This document shows, piece after piece, positions 8,465 through 16,553 of a DNA stretch of 64,000 nt. Every line of letters starts with the position of its first letter. Within the stretch, counting starts at the first letter, position 1. The position numbers were made by a program, and so were the translations under genes. The DNA comes from Bacteroidales bacterium (GTDB lineage Bacteria > Bacteroidota > Bacteroidia > Bacteroidales > P3): positions 5,433 through 69,432 of the forward strand of contig JBGUWU010000005.1 of assembly GCA_045221575.1 (NCBI GenBank). Reading direction: 5' to 3'. The notes beneath the pieces were generated by a model, which was given only the letters and a program-made list of their open reading frames with translations, was not told the origin of the DNA and did no database searches.

Positions 8465-8506
8465 AAAAAGAGTTGATTTTAATTTTTTAAAAGTTGCTCT
8501 TTTTTT
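8465..8506. repeat. dispersed intergenic repeat containing the 16-mer AAAAAGAGTTGATTTT
   Basis: aaaaagagttgatttt at 8465-8480 is the exact reverse complement of the 16-mers at 44752-44767 and 55633-55648. ttgattttaattttttaaaagttg resembles 44800-44823 with 2 mismatches. Confidence 0.8.
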
Positions 8507-8536
8507 ACAATAATCAAAAAGTATAAATCTAAAATT

Positions 8537-8564
8537 AAAAAAAGAGATGAAATTATTTCATCTC
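8537..8564 (-). terminator. rho-independent terminator after the three-gene AT-rich cassette
   Basis: Hairpin gagatgaaa-tta-tttcatctc at 8544-8564 with a 7-T run on the minus strand (plus-strand A37-A43). There is also a T run on the plus side, so it is potentially bidirectional. Confidence 0.65.
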
Positions 8565-8660
8565 CCTTTTTTGATTGCTTTTAATTCTTATTTAGAATCT
8601 TTTGTTAAAGTGTAAATTCCTGCTGTTTACATTCCTTTTCCTAAAATATTTTTGTAAATA

Positions 8661-9041
8661 TTATTTATCCATTAACATTACAATAGGAACTGTTTTAACA
8701 ACACCACTATTTGCAGTATATTTATATATACCTACTTGTCTAAAACACTTGTTCCCTGTTGCATTTATAACTTGGTCATCATAATATGGACTACCTTCTT
8801 CATTATATATAAGAACTGTTAAACCTAAATACAAACCATCTTCTTTTCCTCTTGCAAGTGCAGTACCATTGTCCAGTGCTTGAAATACCTCAAAACTTGT
8901 TTCATTCATTTTCTTTCCTGTTTGTTCAAAGAAAGTCATTCCCGATTTTGAATTAATCGCTAATGAAATAACAAATAACACTAAAAAAGTGAAAACAATA
9001 CCCGTTAATACCCCGAGTAAATAAACCCAAATTTTTTTCAT
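8661..9041 (-). CDS. single-pass membrane protein of unknown function
   Basis: 126 aa. N-terminal TM helix IWVYLLGVLTGIVFTFLVLFVISLAI followed by a ~90-aa soluble domain. Last gene of the cassette. Confidence 0.7.
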   Translation of the reverse strand: MKKIWVYLLGVLTGIVFTFLVLFVISLAINSKSGMTFFEQTGKKMNETSFEVFQALDNGTALARGKEDGLYLGLTVLIYNEEGSPYYDDQVINATGNKCFRQVGIYKYTANSGVVKTVPIVMLMDK

Positions 9042-9081
9042 AAGACAAAATGTTTTTAATTATTAATTTTTGTATAAGCTT

Positions 9082-10188
9082 TTATTTAACTGATTTTTTA
9101 TACTCAAAAATATTTTCTCTTTTTTCTTTATCATATACACAAATATTTTTTGATTTTTCATATAAAATTAAATTTTGTTTTGAATCAATGTTTTCGTTTA
9201 AAGAATAAACACCATTATAATAACTTTTTTCTATTCCAAAAAACAAACTCTTTTTTTTATCGGGATTAGATTTAAATATTGGACAATAAAGTGCTTGTGT
9301 CAATAGATGTTTTATAACTACTTTTTTTCTACATTTTTTAGATGTATCTTCATAGTATTCACATCTATAGCAGTGTCTTTTAGATATTATTTCATAACTA
9401 ATGTTTTTTGAATGAACTTCAATAGGAAATGGATAATGTCTTTTTATTTTATAATTATGGCAATCGTTATACTTTTTACTTTGCAAAATATCATTATTTA
9501 TGTGCCAAATATAATAACTTTGTAATTGTAGAGGTTTTTTTGAAAATATGTTCTCTTCAAAATTATGAAAAACTACTTCTATCTCTGTTTTGTTATAGTT
9601 TTTTATTTCGTTTTTTATTAAATTTTTTACATCTATTTCTTTATTTTTGAGACTTATTTCGATAATCCGAAAACCTAAAAGTATCTTTTCCTCCTCACAC
9701 TTATGAGTAACAGCGATTTCTATAAATATAGGCGGTTCTAATAGATTATTTTTATTGTATATCTTCAAGTCTGCGGTAAAATCATTACCTTCATTATATT
9801 TAGATTCTAATTCGCAGGTATCGTAATATTTTTTAATATCAACTCTCTTTAATTTTGTGATTTTGCAAACAGAATCATAGTTAATTCTGTATTTACAATT
9901 GTTATGATTGCAACATATTTTAGGTATTTGGTAAGAAATATAAAACTCTTTGCTTGTATCGAAAACTTGTTTTATGTAATTTTTTGCATAATTATGTAGA
10001 TATGTTTCACCATTACATTCACAATCTTCTTTATGTCTGAAATGATGTTCTCTTTTGTCTCCAAGAACAGGAATCATTTCTCTCTCGCAACCAATACAAA
10101 AATATTGTTCATGTCTACTTTCTCCAGTAACCTTATCAATATTAACTATAGTACCTATTTTGTTTTTTGCATTAGAATAAGTTATCAT
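9082..10188 (-). CDS. CoiA-like Zn-ribbon + PD-(D/E)xK nuclease-fold protein with extra Cys clusters
   Basis: 368 aa. YFCIGCEREMIPVLGDKREHHFRHK (CxxC...HFxH ribbon), ETYLHNYAK helix, then DFTADLKIY...IFIEIAVTHK (D...ExK-like core). Additional CCNHNNC and CYRCEYYEDTSKKC clusters. Assignment is by motif only. Confidence 0.55.
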   Translation of the reverse strand: MITYSNAKNKIGTIVNIDKVTGESRHEQYFCIGCEREMIPVLGDKREHHFRHKEDCECNGETYLHNYAKNYIKQVFDTSKEFYISYQIPKICCNHNNCKYRINYDSVCKITKLKRVDIKKYYDTCELESKYNEGNDFTADLKIYNKNNLLEPPIFIEIAVTHKCEEEKILLGFRIIEISLKNKEIDVKNLIKNEIKNYNKTEIEVVFHNFEENIFSKKPLQLQSYYIWHINNDILQSKKYNDCHNYKIKRHYPFPIEVHSKNISYEIISKRHCYRCEYYEDTSKKCRKKVVIKHLLTQALYCPIFKSNPDKKKSLFFGIEKSYYNGVYSLNENIDSKQNLILYEKSKNICVYDKEKRENIFEYKKSVK

Positions 10189-10222
10189 AATAATGTTTAT
10201 TTTTTCTAATTTATATGTAAAA

Positions 10223-10963
10223 CTAAAGAGTTGATTGGGAAAAATCTAAATTATATTTAACATTTCCTATTTTATCTACAAATAATTTACAAACACAAAT
10301 TAATTCGGTAGGAGTATCATTGGTCCAAAAAGGAATAGAAATTTCAGATTGTTCTGTCATATCGATAATTTCTACCAATGTTTTTGCTTTTTGTTTACAT
10401 AATTTTTCTAATTTATTGCTATTATCGTCATTTTTTCCAAAAGAATATTTTTGTTTAGGGCTATAGAATATTTTTTTCTTAGAATAATCTTTTTCTTTCT
10501 TTTCTTCTTTAGGAACAAAATCTAGTCTCATATTAAAACATTCTGCAATCCTATTCAAAATGTCTATGCCTACAGAAAGTTGTCCTTTTTCTATTCTACT
10601 TAAATTTCCAGCATCTATTCTTATTGTTTGTGCAAGTGCTTTAGCAGTCAATCCTTTTTCTTTCCTCAAATCCTTAATTTTTTCTCCAAGTCTTTGCCGT
10701 TCTTTAAATATTTCATCTTTTTTAACCCATAGGAAACCTTCAAAATTTTCTTTATACATTTCTCTTGCTATGTCATTCCAAATAGATTTTATAGTTCCGT
10801 CATAATACTTATCAAACAAGGCAGAGAGTTTTTTTATAAAATAGTTTTTATTCTTTTCATTGATTTGATAGTTTAAATCACTTAAATATCCAATATAATA
10901 AACCTCATCCTCTTTTGCAATAACTTTTATTTGTTTCCTATTTTCAAATTTTATTTCTGTCAT
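10223..10963 (-). CDS. XRE-family helix-turn-helix protein with unknown N- and C-terminal domains
   Basis: 246 aa. HTH LRKEKGLTAKALAQTIRIDAGNLSRIEKGQLSVGIDILNRIAECFNMRLDF at about residues 98-150. The flanking ~90-aa domains have no motif I recognise. Confidence 0.75.
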   Translation of the reverse strand: MTEIKFENRKQIKVIAKEDEVYYIGYLSDLNYQINEKNKNYFIKKLSALFDKYYDGTIKSIWNDIAREMYKENFEGFLWVKKDEIFKERQRLGEKIKDLRKEKGLTAKALAQTIRIDAGNLSRIEKGQLSVGIDILNRIAECFNMRLDFVPKEEKKEKDYSKKKIFYSPKQKYSFGKNDDNSNKLEKLCKQKAKTLVEIIDMTEQSEISIPFWTNDTPTELICVCKLFVDKIGNVKYNLDFSQSTL

Positions 10964-11000
10964 ATTTTTATTTACTTTTTTAGTATTTAATTTTATTCTG

Positions 11001-11008
11001 CAAAATTA
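11001..11008 (-). promoter_or_regulatory. Bacteroidota -7 promoter box (TAnnTTTG) of the cassette, with -33 TTTG at 11029-11032
   Basis: Plus-strand caaaatta = TAATTTTG on the minus strand, 38 nt upstream of the HTH gene ATG (10963). CAAA at 11029-11032 gives about 20-nt spacing. Confidence 0.55.
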
Positions 11009-11048
11009 TAGTAAATATATAAATTAAACAAATTTTTTAATAAAAAAA

Positions 11049-11062
11049 TGTATTATAATACA
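11049..11062. promoter_or_regulatory. perfect 14-bp palindrome TGTATTATAATACA (operator-like site 1)
   Basis: Read directly. Self-complementary. An identical copy lies 22 bp away, centre to centre. Confidence 0.6.
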
Positions 11063-11070
11063 AAAAAAAT

Positions 11071-11084
11071 TGTATTATAATACA
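11071..11084. promoter_or_regulatory. perfect 14-bp palindrome TGTATTATAATACA (operator-like site 2)
   Basis: Identical to 11049-11062. The pair sits just upstream of the -33 element of the HTH-gene promoter. Confidence 0.6.
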
Positions 11085-11159
11085 TTATAAATTGTTTTAT
11101 TTAACAAGAATAAACTTTATTTACAAATCTTCTCCGTTTGCTTTATTTTAATTATCATT

Positions 11160-11747
11160 TTATAAGTCTTCTATAGCATTTACTTTCCCTTTATTGTAGT
11201 TAATATTATCCATATAATATAGCGATACATAACTATAAAAAGTCATTACATTTGCAATTGAAACTGTTATTATATTTCCATTCACATTAAAAGATGTTTG
11301 ATAAACACATCTATTCATATGAACTTCATGCATCTTACTATTATCATCCTTTGGCGTTGAATAACTATTCCATTCTTCTGTTTCCATTATTGGCGCCCCA
11401 TATTTTTGCATTAGCATTGTCTTTATATCCAAATAATTTGTATATAGTACTTGCCAAGTATCTGCATAATCAAATGAAACTCCAACTACTTGAACTTTTT
11501 TCTCTACATTTGGGAAAACATATATTCGACAGTTTGAATAACCTGCAAAGTTTCCCTTCAATGCTATAGCATCATCTGTTTTTGTTTCATATTTAAGTCC
11601 TTTTTGTTTTAATTTCTCTACAAATGTATTAACATTCATATCCATAGAAATTCCCAAAAATTTTAAATGTTCTTCTTTTTGTGCCATTGTGTTGCTTGCA
11701 CCTAAAAGAGTTAAAAGTGCAAAAAATAATAAAAATATTCTTTTCAT
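11160..11747 (-). CDS. secreted hypothetical protein
   Basis: 195 aa with signal peptide MKRIFLLFFALLTLLGASNTMAQ. No recognisable catalytic motif. Confidence 0.65.
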   Translation of the reverse strand: MKRIFLLFFALLTLLGASNTMAQKEEHLKFLGISMDMNVNTFVEKLKQKGLKYETKTDDAIALKGNFAGYSNCRIYVFPNVEKKVQVVGVSFDYADTWQVLYTNYLDIKTMLMQKYGAPIMETEEWNSYSTPKDDNSKMHEVHMNRCVYQTSFNVNGNIITVSIANVMTFYSYVSLYYMDNINYNKGKVNAIEDL

Positions 11748-11866
11748 AGTTTTTATTTGTTTGTTAATTTTTGCAAATTTAGTAATTTTTCTATTAAGTG
11801 CAAGGGTTTTAGGGTATTATTTTAAGTTCTATTTTTAAAATTTATGAACAGTCTGATGAAATTTTG

Positions 11867-11874
11867 TATTTTTG
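11867..11874 (+). promoter_or_regulatory. Bacteroidota -7 promoter box (TAnnTTTG)
   Basis: tatttttg, 22 nt upstream of the glycosyltransferase ATG at 11896. Confidence 0.55.
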
Positions 11875-11895
11875 CAAAAGGAAAAAATCAATAAG

Positions 11896-13065
11896 ATGAA
11901 AGAAGTGCAAACAATAGGTTATGATGCCAAAAGAATAGTCAGCAATGCTACAGGATTAGGTTCTTATAGTAGAACACTATTAGAGAGTTTAGCGAACTAT
12001 GATAAACAATTTTTATTATATGCCCCAAATAAAGGCAGAGAAGAACTTTATTCTTCACTATTAGATAAGGAAAATCTTATTTTTAAGTTCCCACATAAAA
12101 ACAATGGTAACATAGTTAGCAATAAAATACTTCAAAGACTATGGAGAGAAAAAGGAGTTGTTAAAGATTTACTAAAAGATAATGTAGAGGTTTTTCATGG
12201 TCTTACCGGACAGTTACCAAAAGGAATTAATAAGTCTGGTGTTAAATCTGTTGTTACTATTCATGACCTTATATTTTTTCCTCACCCTGAATGGTATTCA
12301 AAAATAGATGTCTTTATTTACAAGCAAAAGTTTTTCCGAACGATAAAAGAAGCTGATAAAATCATAGCTATAAGTGAATGTACTAAGAATGATATTATAA
12401 AGTATGGCAATGTTGAGGAAAGTAAAATAGAAGTAATCTATCAATCATATAATTCTATTTTTACTCAAGACATTTCACAAGAAGAAAAACAAAAGGTAAA
12501 ACAAAGATACTCTTTACCAGAGCATTTTATATTAAATGTAGGTACAATAGAAAGAAGAAAGAATGTCTTGCTTGCAGTTAAAGCATTGAAAGAGATTGTT
12601 CTTAACAATCCTTTGACAGAGCAACATCTTGTTATTGTAGGAAGAAAGACAGCTTATGCTAAAGAAGTAGAACAATATATAGAACAAAACAACTTAACAG
12701 ATAGAGTACATATTATTAATGGTGTTTTGTTTGATGAGTTGAAAGTATTGTATTCTTTAGCAGATTTATTTGTCTATCCGTCTATTTACGAAGGTTTTGG
12801 TATTCCTATTATAGAAGCTATTGCCAATCGTTTGCCTGTTGTTGCTTGCACAGGTTCTTGTTTAGAAGAGGCAGGAGGGGAATATTCCTTATACGTTGAT
12901 CCTACAGATGTAAAGGCGATGGCTGAAGCAATTCAAACATTACTTTATAATCAAGAAAAACGTAGTCTTGCAATAGAAAAAGGGCTACAACATATTCAAA
13001 GATTTGCGAATAATGATGTAGCCTTAAAACATATTCAACTATATAATCAACTGCTTAACAGTTAA
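11896..13065 (+). CDS. glycosyltransferase family 4 (GT-B, retaining)
   Basis: PSIYEGFGIPIIEAIA (E-x7-E region) and the GT4 N-terminal domain. The track start at 11872 is a TTG inside the promoter box, so I use the ATG at 11896. Confidence 0.85.
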   Translation: MKEVQTIGYDAKRIVSNATGLGSYSRTLLESLANYDKQFLLYAPNKGREELYSSLLDKENLIFKFPHKNNGNIVSNKILQRLWREKGVVKDLLKDNVEVFHGLTGQLPKGINKSGVKSVVTIHDLIFFPHPEWYSKIDVFIYKQKFFRTIKEADKIIAISECTKNDIIKYGNVEESKIEVIYQSYNSIFTQDISQEEKQKVKQRYSLPEHFILNVGTIERRKNVLLAVKALKEIVLNNPLTEQHLVIVGRKTAYAKEVEQYIEQNNLTDRVHIINGVLFDELKVLYSLADLFVYPSIYEGFGIPIIEAIANRLPVVACTGSCLEEAGGEYSLYVDPTDVKAMAEAIQTLLYNQEKRSLAIEKGLQHIQRFANNDVALKHIQLYNQLLNS

Positions 13066-13071
13066 AGAAAG

Positions 13072-14124
13072 TTATTCTTTCTTTATCGCTTTCATTATAA
13101 TATGGAACTGTTCATTGTTTTGAATAACTCCATGAAAGTTTTCACTACCTGGACCTTCTGCATATATAATAATAGGTGCAGCAGTATGGCCTGTTGTTGT
13201 CCATTTGCAAGTATCCATATCTTTTCCCGCAACAGGAAGTGTGAGACCTCCTGTCTCATGGTCTGCAGTTACAACAACTAAGGTGTTTTTGTCTTTACGT
13301 GCAAAGTCAAGGGCTATGCCTACACAAGCGTCAAAGTCTAAGGCTTCATCTATCATTTCAGCGAAATGGTTGTCATGTGCCTGCATGTCTATCTGAGAAC
13401 CCTCCAACATTATGAAAAAGCCGTCGGGATTGTCTTTGAATTTCTCTATTGTGGTCGTTAATGCCGTCTGCATTATCTTGCCACGCTCCCGATATAATGG
13501 TAAGTGGCTCTCTGCAAAAAAGCCCGCTATCTTATCGGTTTTTGTTCTCAATAGTTCGTTTTCATTATACACTATTTCATAGCCGAAGTTTTTTAACTCT
13601 TTTATTAAGTTGCGTTTGTCGGCTCTGTCGTCAAAGTTTTTCTTGCCACCGCCTAAGAAAATGTCGCAGTTCTCGGTGAGATAGTATTCGGCTATCTGTT
13701 CATACATTTCCCTATCTTTAACGTGAGCGATAAAAGAACCTGGTGTGGCGTGGTTGAGATTGCAAGAGACTATTATTCCGGTTTTCTTGCCCATTGTTTT
13801 ACATATCTCTAACATCGTTGGTAAAGGTATCGTGTCTTTATCTACGCCTATTGCACGATAATAAGTTTTCTCTCCACAAGAGATAGCAGTGCCTCCTGCT
13901 CCCGAATCAGTAACCCGTCTATCAGCACAGTTGGTTATGGATAATGCTGTATAAGGCATTGTGTAGATATTTAAATAACGGTTGTTGGCTTCGTATGTTG
14001 AATACAGTTGGGTTAAACCTGTGCCATCGCCAATAAGAAGAATAACATTCTTTGCTGGTTGTGATGATAAATTGCCTACTGTGATGATAAAGAAGGCTAA
14101 AAGTAAAGTCTTTATTGTTTTCAT
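13072..14124 (-). CDS. alkaline phosphatase
   Basis: 350 aa with a signal peptide. Motifs IGDGTG, VTDSGAGGTA (Ser nucleophile region) and TADHETGG. Confidence 0.9.
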   Translation of the reverse strand: MKTIKTLLLAFFIITVGNLSSQPAKNVILLIGDGTGLTQLYSTYEANNRYLNIYTMPYTALSITNCADRRVTDSGAGGTAISCGEKTYYRAIGVDKDTIPLPTMLEICKTMGKKTGIIVSCNLNHATPGSFIAHVKDREMYEQIAEYYLTENCDIFLGGGKKNFDDRADKRNLIKELKNFGYEIVYNENELLRTKTDKIAGFFAESHLPLYRERGKIMQTALTTTIEKFKDNPDGFFIMLEGSQIDMQAHDNHFAEMIDEALDFDACVGIALDFARKDKNTLVVVTADHETGGLTLPVAGKDMDTCKWTTTGHTAAPIIIYAEGPGSENFHGVIQNNEQFHIIMKAIKKE

Positions 14125-14135
14125 TTCTTATTTTT

Positions 14136-14645
14136 TTATGCTTTTTTTCTGTAAAAGATGGTATCTAATACTATTATGATTATCATTGTTACTATCACAC
14201 TCACAATACAACGCAATAGTATATGCAATATCTCGGAAAAAGAAAAAACGCCAATTAAAAAACAAAGAAAATGATGTAAGAAAACAAGAATAAAACTATA
14301 TGATAAATAGTTCGCAAAGCCTAAACGTGATATGCTTGGTCGCTGTGAAGTGTTTTCTATCGTGCCGGAATACATTCCCAATATATATGGACGGACAAAG
14401 CCAATGAAGGTTGAAGAAAAAGCATGTACGCCCGTCTGCCCTGCAAAGATATCTATGCCAACACCAAGTAAAAAAGAAGATAAAAGAAGTAACCAGCGTG
14501 AAGTATTATACGGCAATAAGACTACAAACCAAATATAAACAAATGGTGTGCAGAAACCCCAAAGACTGATATTGTCTAAGATTAATACTTGAAACAATAT
14601 CAATAAAATGTACTGTACAATAGATATTATTAGGTCTTTTATCAT
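14136..14645 (-). CDS. mreD: rod shape-determining protein MreD
   Basis: 169-aa polytopic membrane protein. 4-nt ATGA overlap with the mreC stop. Assigned mainly by position and topology. Confidence 0.7.
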   Translation of the reverse strand: MIKDLIISIVQYILLILFQVLILDNISLWGFCTPFVYIWFVVLLPYNTSRWLLLLSSFLLGVGIDIFAGQTGVHAFSSTFIGFVRPYILGMYSGTIENTSQRPSISRLGFANYLSYSFILVFLHHFLCFLIGVFSFSEILHILLRCIVSVIVTMIIIIVLDTIFYRKKA

Positions 14646-15496
14646 CTTATGTCCTCCTTTGTATTAGTTGTTGTGTCTATATCTTTCAATAGTCTTTCTT
14701 GTTCTATCTTGAAGAAGTTCTTTATAGCATAGACGTATTCAAGTTTATTATAATCGGTGAAGAAGTTTATATCTATATTATAAAAACCTGTGCCTTTATC
14801 TTTACTATACTTTTTTATTGTTCCTACAGGTATTCCCTCAGGGAAGTTACGTGAAAAACCACTTGTTACAATTGTATCTCCTTTCTTGACAGCTATTGAT
14901 GATGGCATATCTACTATTTGTCCTACTGCGTAATGATGTCCATTCCAAACTAATGTGCCTGTGGTCTTAGTGCGTTCATTTCTAACATTTAATTTACTAT
15001 CTTGGTGAAGAACACTCATAACTAACGAAAAATTTTCGGTCGTCTTTACTACAACTCCTACAACTCCATTTGGAGACATAACACCCATATCTACTTCTAT
15101 TCCTGAGGAACTACCCTTGTTTAACATAAAAAAGTTGTTGCGGTGATTGACGGTTTTGGAGATTACTCTACAATCTATAAAGGAAAACATCTGCTTATAT
15201 ACGGTGTCTTCTTGCTGATGAATTGTATTAACAATCTTTACGTATGAGGTTTCCACCATATGACGTAAGCGTAAATTTTCTTCTACAAGGGCTTTGTTAT
15301 TGCTCTTTAAATAAAAATAGGAAGTAAAACTATCTAAAGAACCATAAACACTACCAGAAATATTGTTTGCTATGCTTGTTATTGCACTACCTTGACGATA
15401 TGAATTGCGAGTAAGAAAATATATGCTCAACAACTCTAAAAGGATAAACAAAAAAATATGATAATATCGCTTTAAAAATCTTAGTAATTCTGTCAT
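14642..15496 (-). CDS. mreC: rod shape-determining protein MreC
   Basis: 284 aa with an N-terminal TM anchor and coiled coil, then a beta-rich domain (GVVGVV, GDTIVTSG...FPEGIPVG) typical of MreC. Confidence 0.85.
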   Translation of the reverse strand: MTELLRFLKRYYHIFLFILLELLSIYFLTRNSYRQGSAITSIANNISGSVYGSLDSFTSYFYLKSNNKALVEENLRLRHMVETSYVKIVNTIHQQEDTVYKQMFSFIDCRVISKTVNHRNNFFMLNKGSSSGIEVDMGVMSPNGVVGVVVKTTENFSLVMSVLHQDSKLNVRNERTKTTGTLVWNGHHYAVGQIVDMPSSIAVKKGDTIVTSGFSRNFPEGIPVGTIKKYSKDKGTGFYNIDINFFTDYNKLEYVYAIKNFFKIEQERLLKDIDTTTNTKEDIR

Positions 15497-15508
15497 AATT
15501 CTTTCCGT

Positions 15509-16153
15509 TTATTTTGAAGTATTGTTTAACATAGGTACAAAAGTAAATGTGCCAAATTCTTCTTTCGCATATTCTGTTTCAGATGTCTTTGTAATACGTA
15601 ACATAGTCTGTACATTTTCTCCTACAGGCACAACCATAATACCACCAACTTTTAACTGATGAAAAAGTTCTACAGGTATTTTATTCGCTCCACATGTAAC
15701 AAGTATTCTATCAAAAGGTGCAAAACCAGGTAAGCCAGCATATCCATCGCCAAAAAAACAATGAGGACGGATATTTAAAAGATGAAACATTTGTTTGGCT
15801 TGATCATATAAGTCTTTTTGACGTTCTATTGTATATAATCTAACGTTAAAACGGTGCAACACTGCTGTTTGATAACCACTTCCTGTTCCGATCTCTAACA
15901 CTTTCATTCGTGGTTCTACTTTTAATAACTGTGTTTGAAGAGCAACAGTTGATGGTTGAGATATTGTTTGTAGGCAAGATATTTGTAAGGCTCTATCTTC
16001 GTATGCTATATTATCAAAAGAAGAATCTAAGAAAAAATGTCTTGGAACACTATTCATAGCATTTAACACTTTTTCATCTTTTATCCCTTTTGCTATAAGG
16101 GATTCTATCATTCTTTTTCTTAAACCTTTATGTCTATATGTATCAGTGGGCAT
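15509..16153 (-). CDS. pcm: protein-L-isoaspartate O-methyltransferase
   Basis: 214 aa with QTISQPS and SAM motif VLEIGTGSGYQTAVL. Confidence 0.9.
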   Translation of the reverse strand: MPTDTYRHKGLRKRMIESLIAKGIKDEKVLNAMNSVPRHFFLDSSFDNIAYEDRALQISCLQTISQPSTVALQTQLLKVEPRMKVLEIGTGSGYQTAVLHRFNVRLYTIERQKDLYDQAKQMFHLLNIRPHCFFGDGYAGLPGFAPFDRILVTCGANKIPVELFHQLKVGGIMVVPVGENVQTMLRITKTSETEYAKEEFGTFTFVPMLNNTSK

Positions 16154-16189
16154 CGTTCAGTTTAAAATTTTTATTGCTAAAATTTTTGG

Positions 16190-16197
16190 CAAAGATA
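16190..16197 (-). promoter_or_regulatory. Bacteroidota -7 promoter box (TAnnTTTG)
   Basis: Plus-strand caaagata = TATCTTTG on the minus strand, 37 nt upstream of the pcm ATG (16153). Confidence 0.55.
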
Positions 16198-16205
16198 TAA
16201 CATTT

Positions 16206-16457
16206 TTATGGAACAGGGTCATATCCACTTCCTCCCCATGGGTTACAACGTAATATTCTTTTAAAAGAAAGCCAGCCTCCTTTTAATGGACCATATTTTT
16301 TTATAGCCTCTAAAGCATACTGAGAACAAGTAGGAGTAAAACGACAAGAGGGAGGTGTAAGAGGAGAGATACAATATCTATAAAACTGTATCAACAAAAG
16401 AAATATACTTTTCAACAGCCATAAGAATGGGAATAATATCTTACGAATTATCTTCAT
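16206..16457 (-). CDS. yidD: membrane protein insertion efficiency factor YidD
   Basis: [37 protein letters not shown] is the YidD signature. The track start at 16460 is a TTG, so the adjacent ATG at 16457 is used. Confidence 0.9.
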   Translation of the reverse strand: MKIIRKILFPFLWLLKSIFLLLIQFYRYCISPLTPPSCRFTPTCSQYALEAIKKYGPLKGGWLSFKRILRCNPWGGSGYDPVP

Positions 16458-16529
16458 CAACCAAAAATTATTTTACTAATAACGAAAAACCTCTCATTTT
16501 AGTTTAAATTTAGTTACTAAAAATTATTG

Positions 16530-16537
16530 TAACTTTG
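16530..16537 (+). promoter_or_regulatory. Bacteroidota -7 promoter box (TAnnTTTG)
   Basis: taactttg, 17 nt upstream of the ATG at 16554. Confidence 0.55.
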
Positions 16538-16553
16538 CAATAAAAAATTTAAG

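Noticed and set aside
8602-8784. 60-aa plus-strand ORF spanning the cassette terminator region and the 3' end of the membrane-protein gene.
   Set aside because: It overlaps a better-supported minus-strand gene, its translation is low-complexity, and it has no promoter box.
8661-10963. Type II restriction-modification system with a controller protein.
   Set aside because: No methyltransferase motifs are present in any of the three proteins or their neighbours. A controller-like HTH with palindromic boxes is present, but the R-M interpretation cannot be supported. It is kept as an unclassified candidate system instead.
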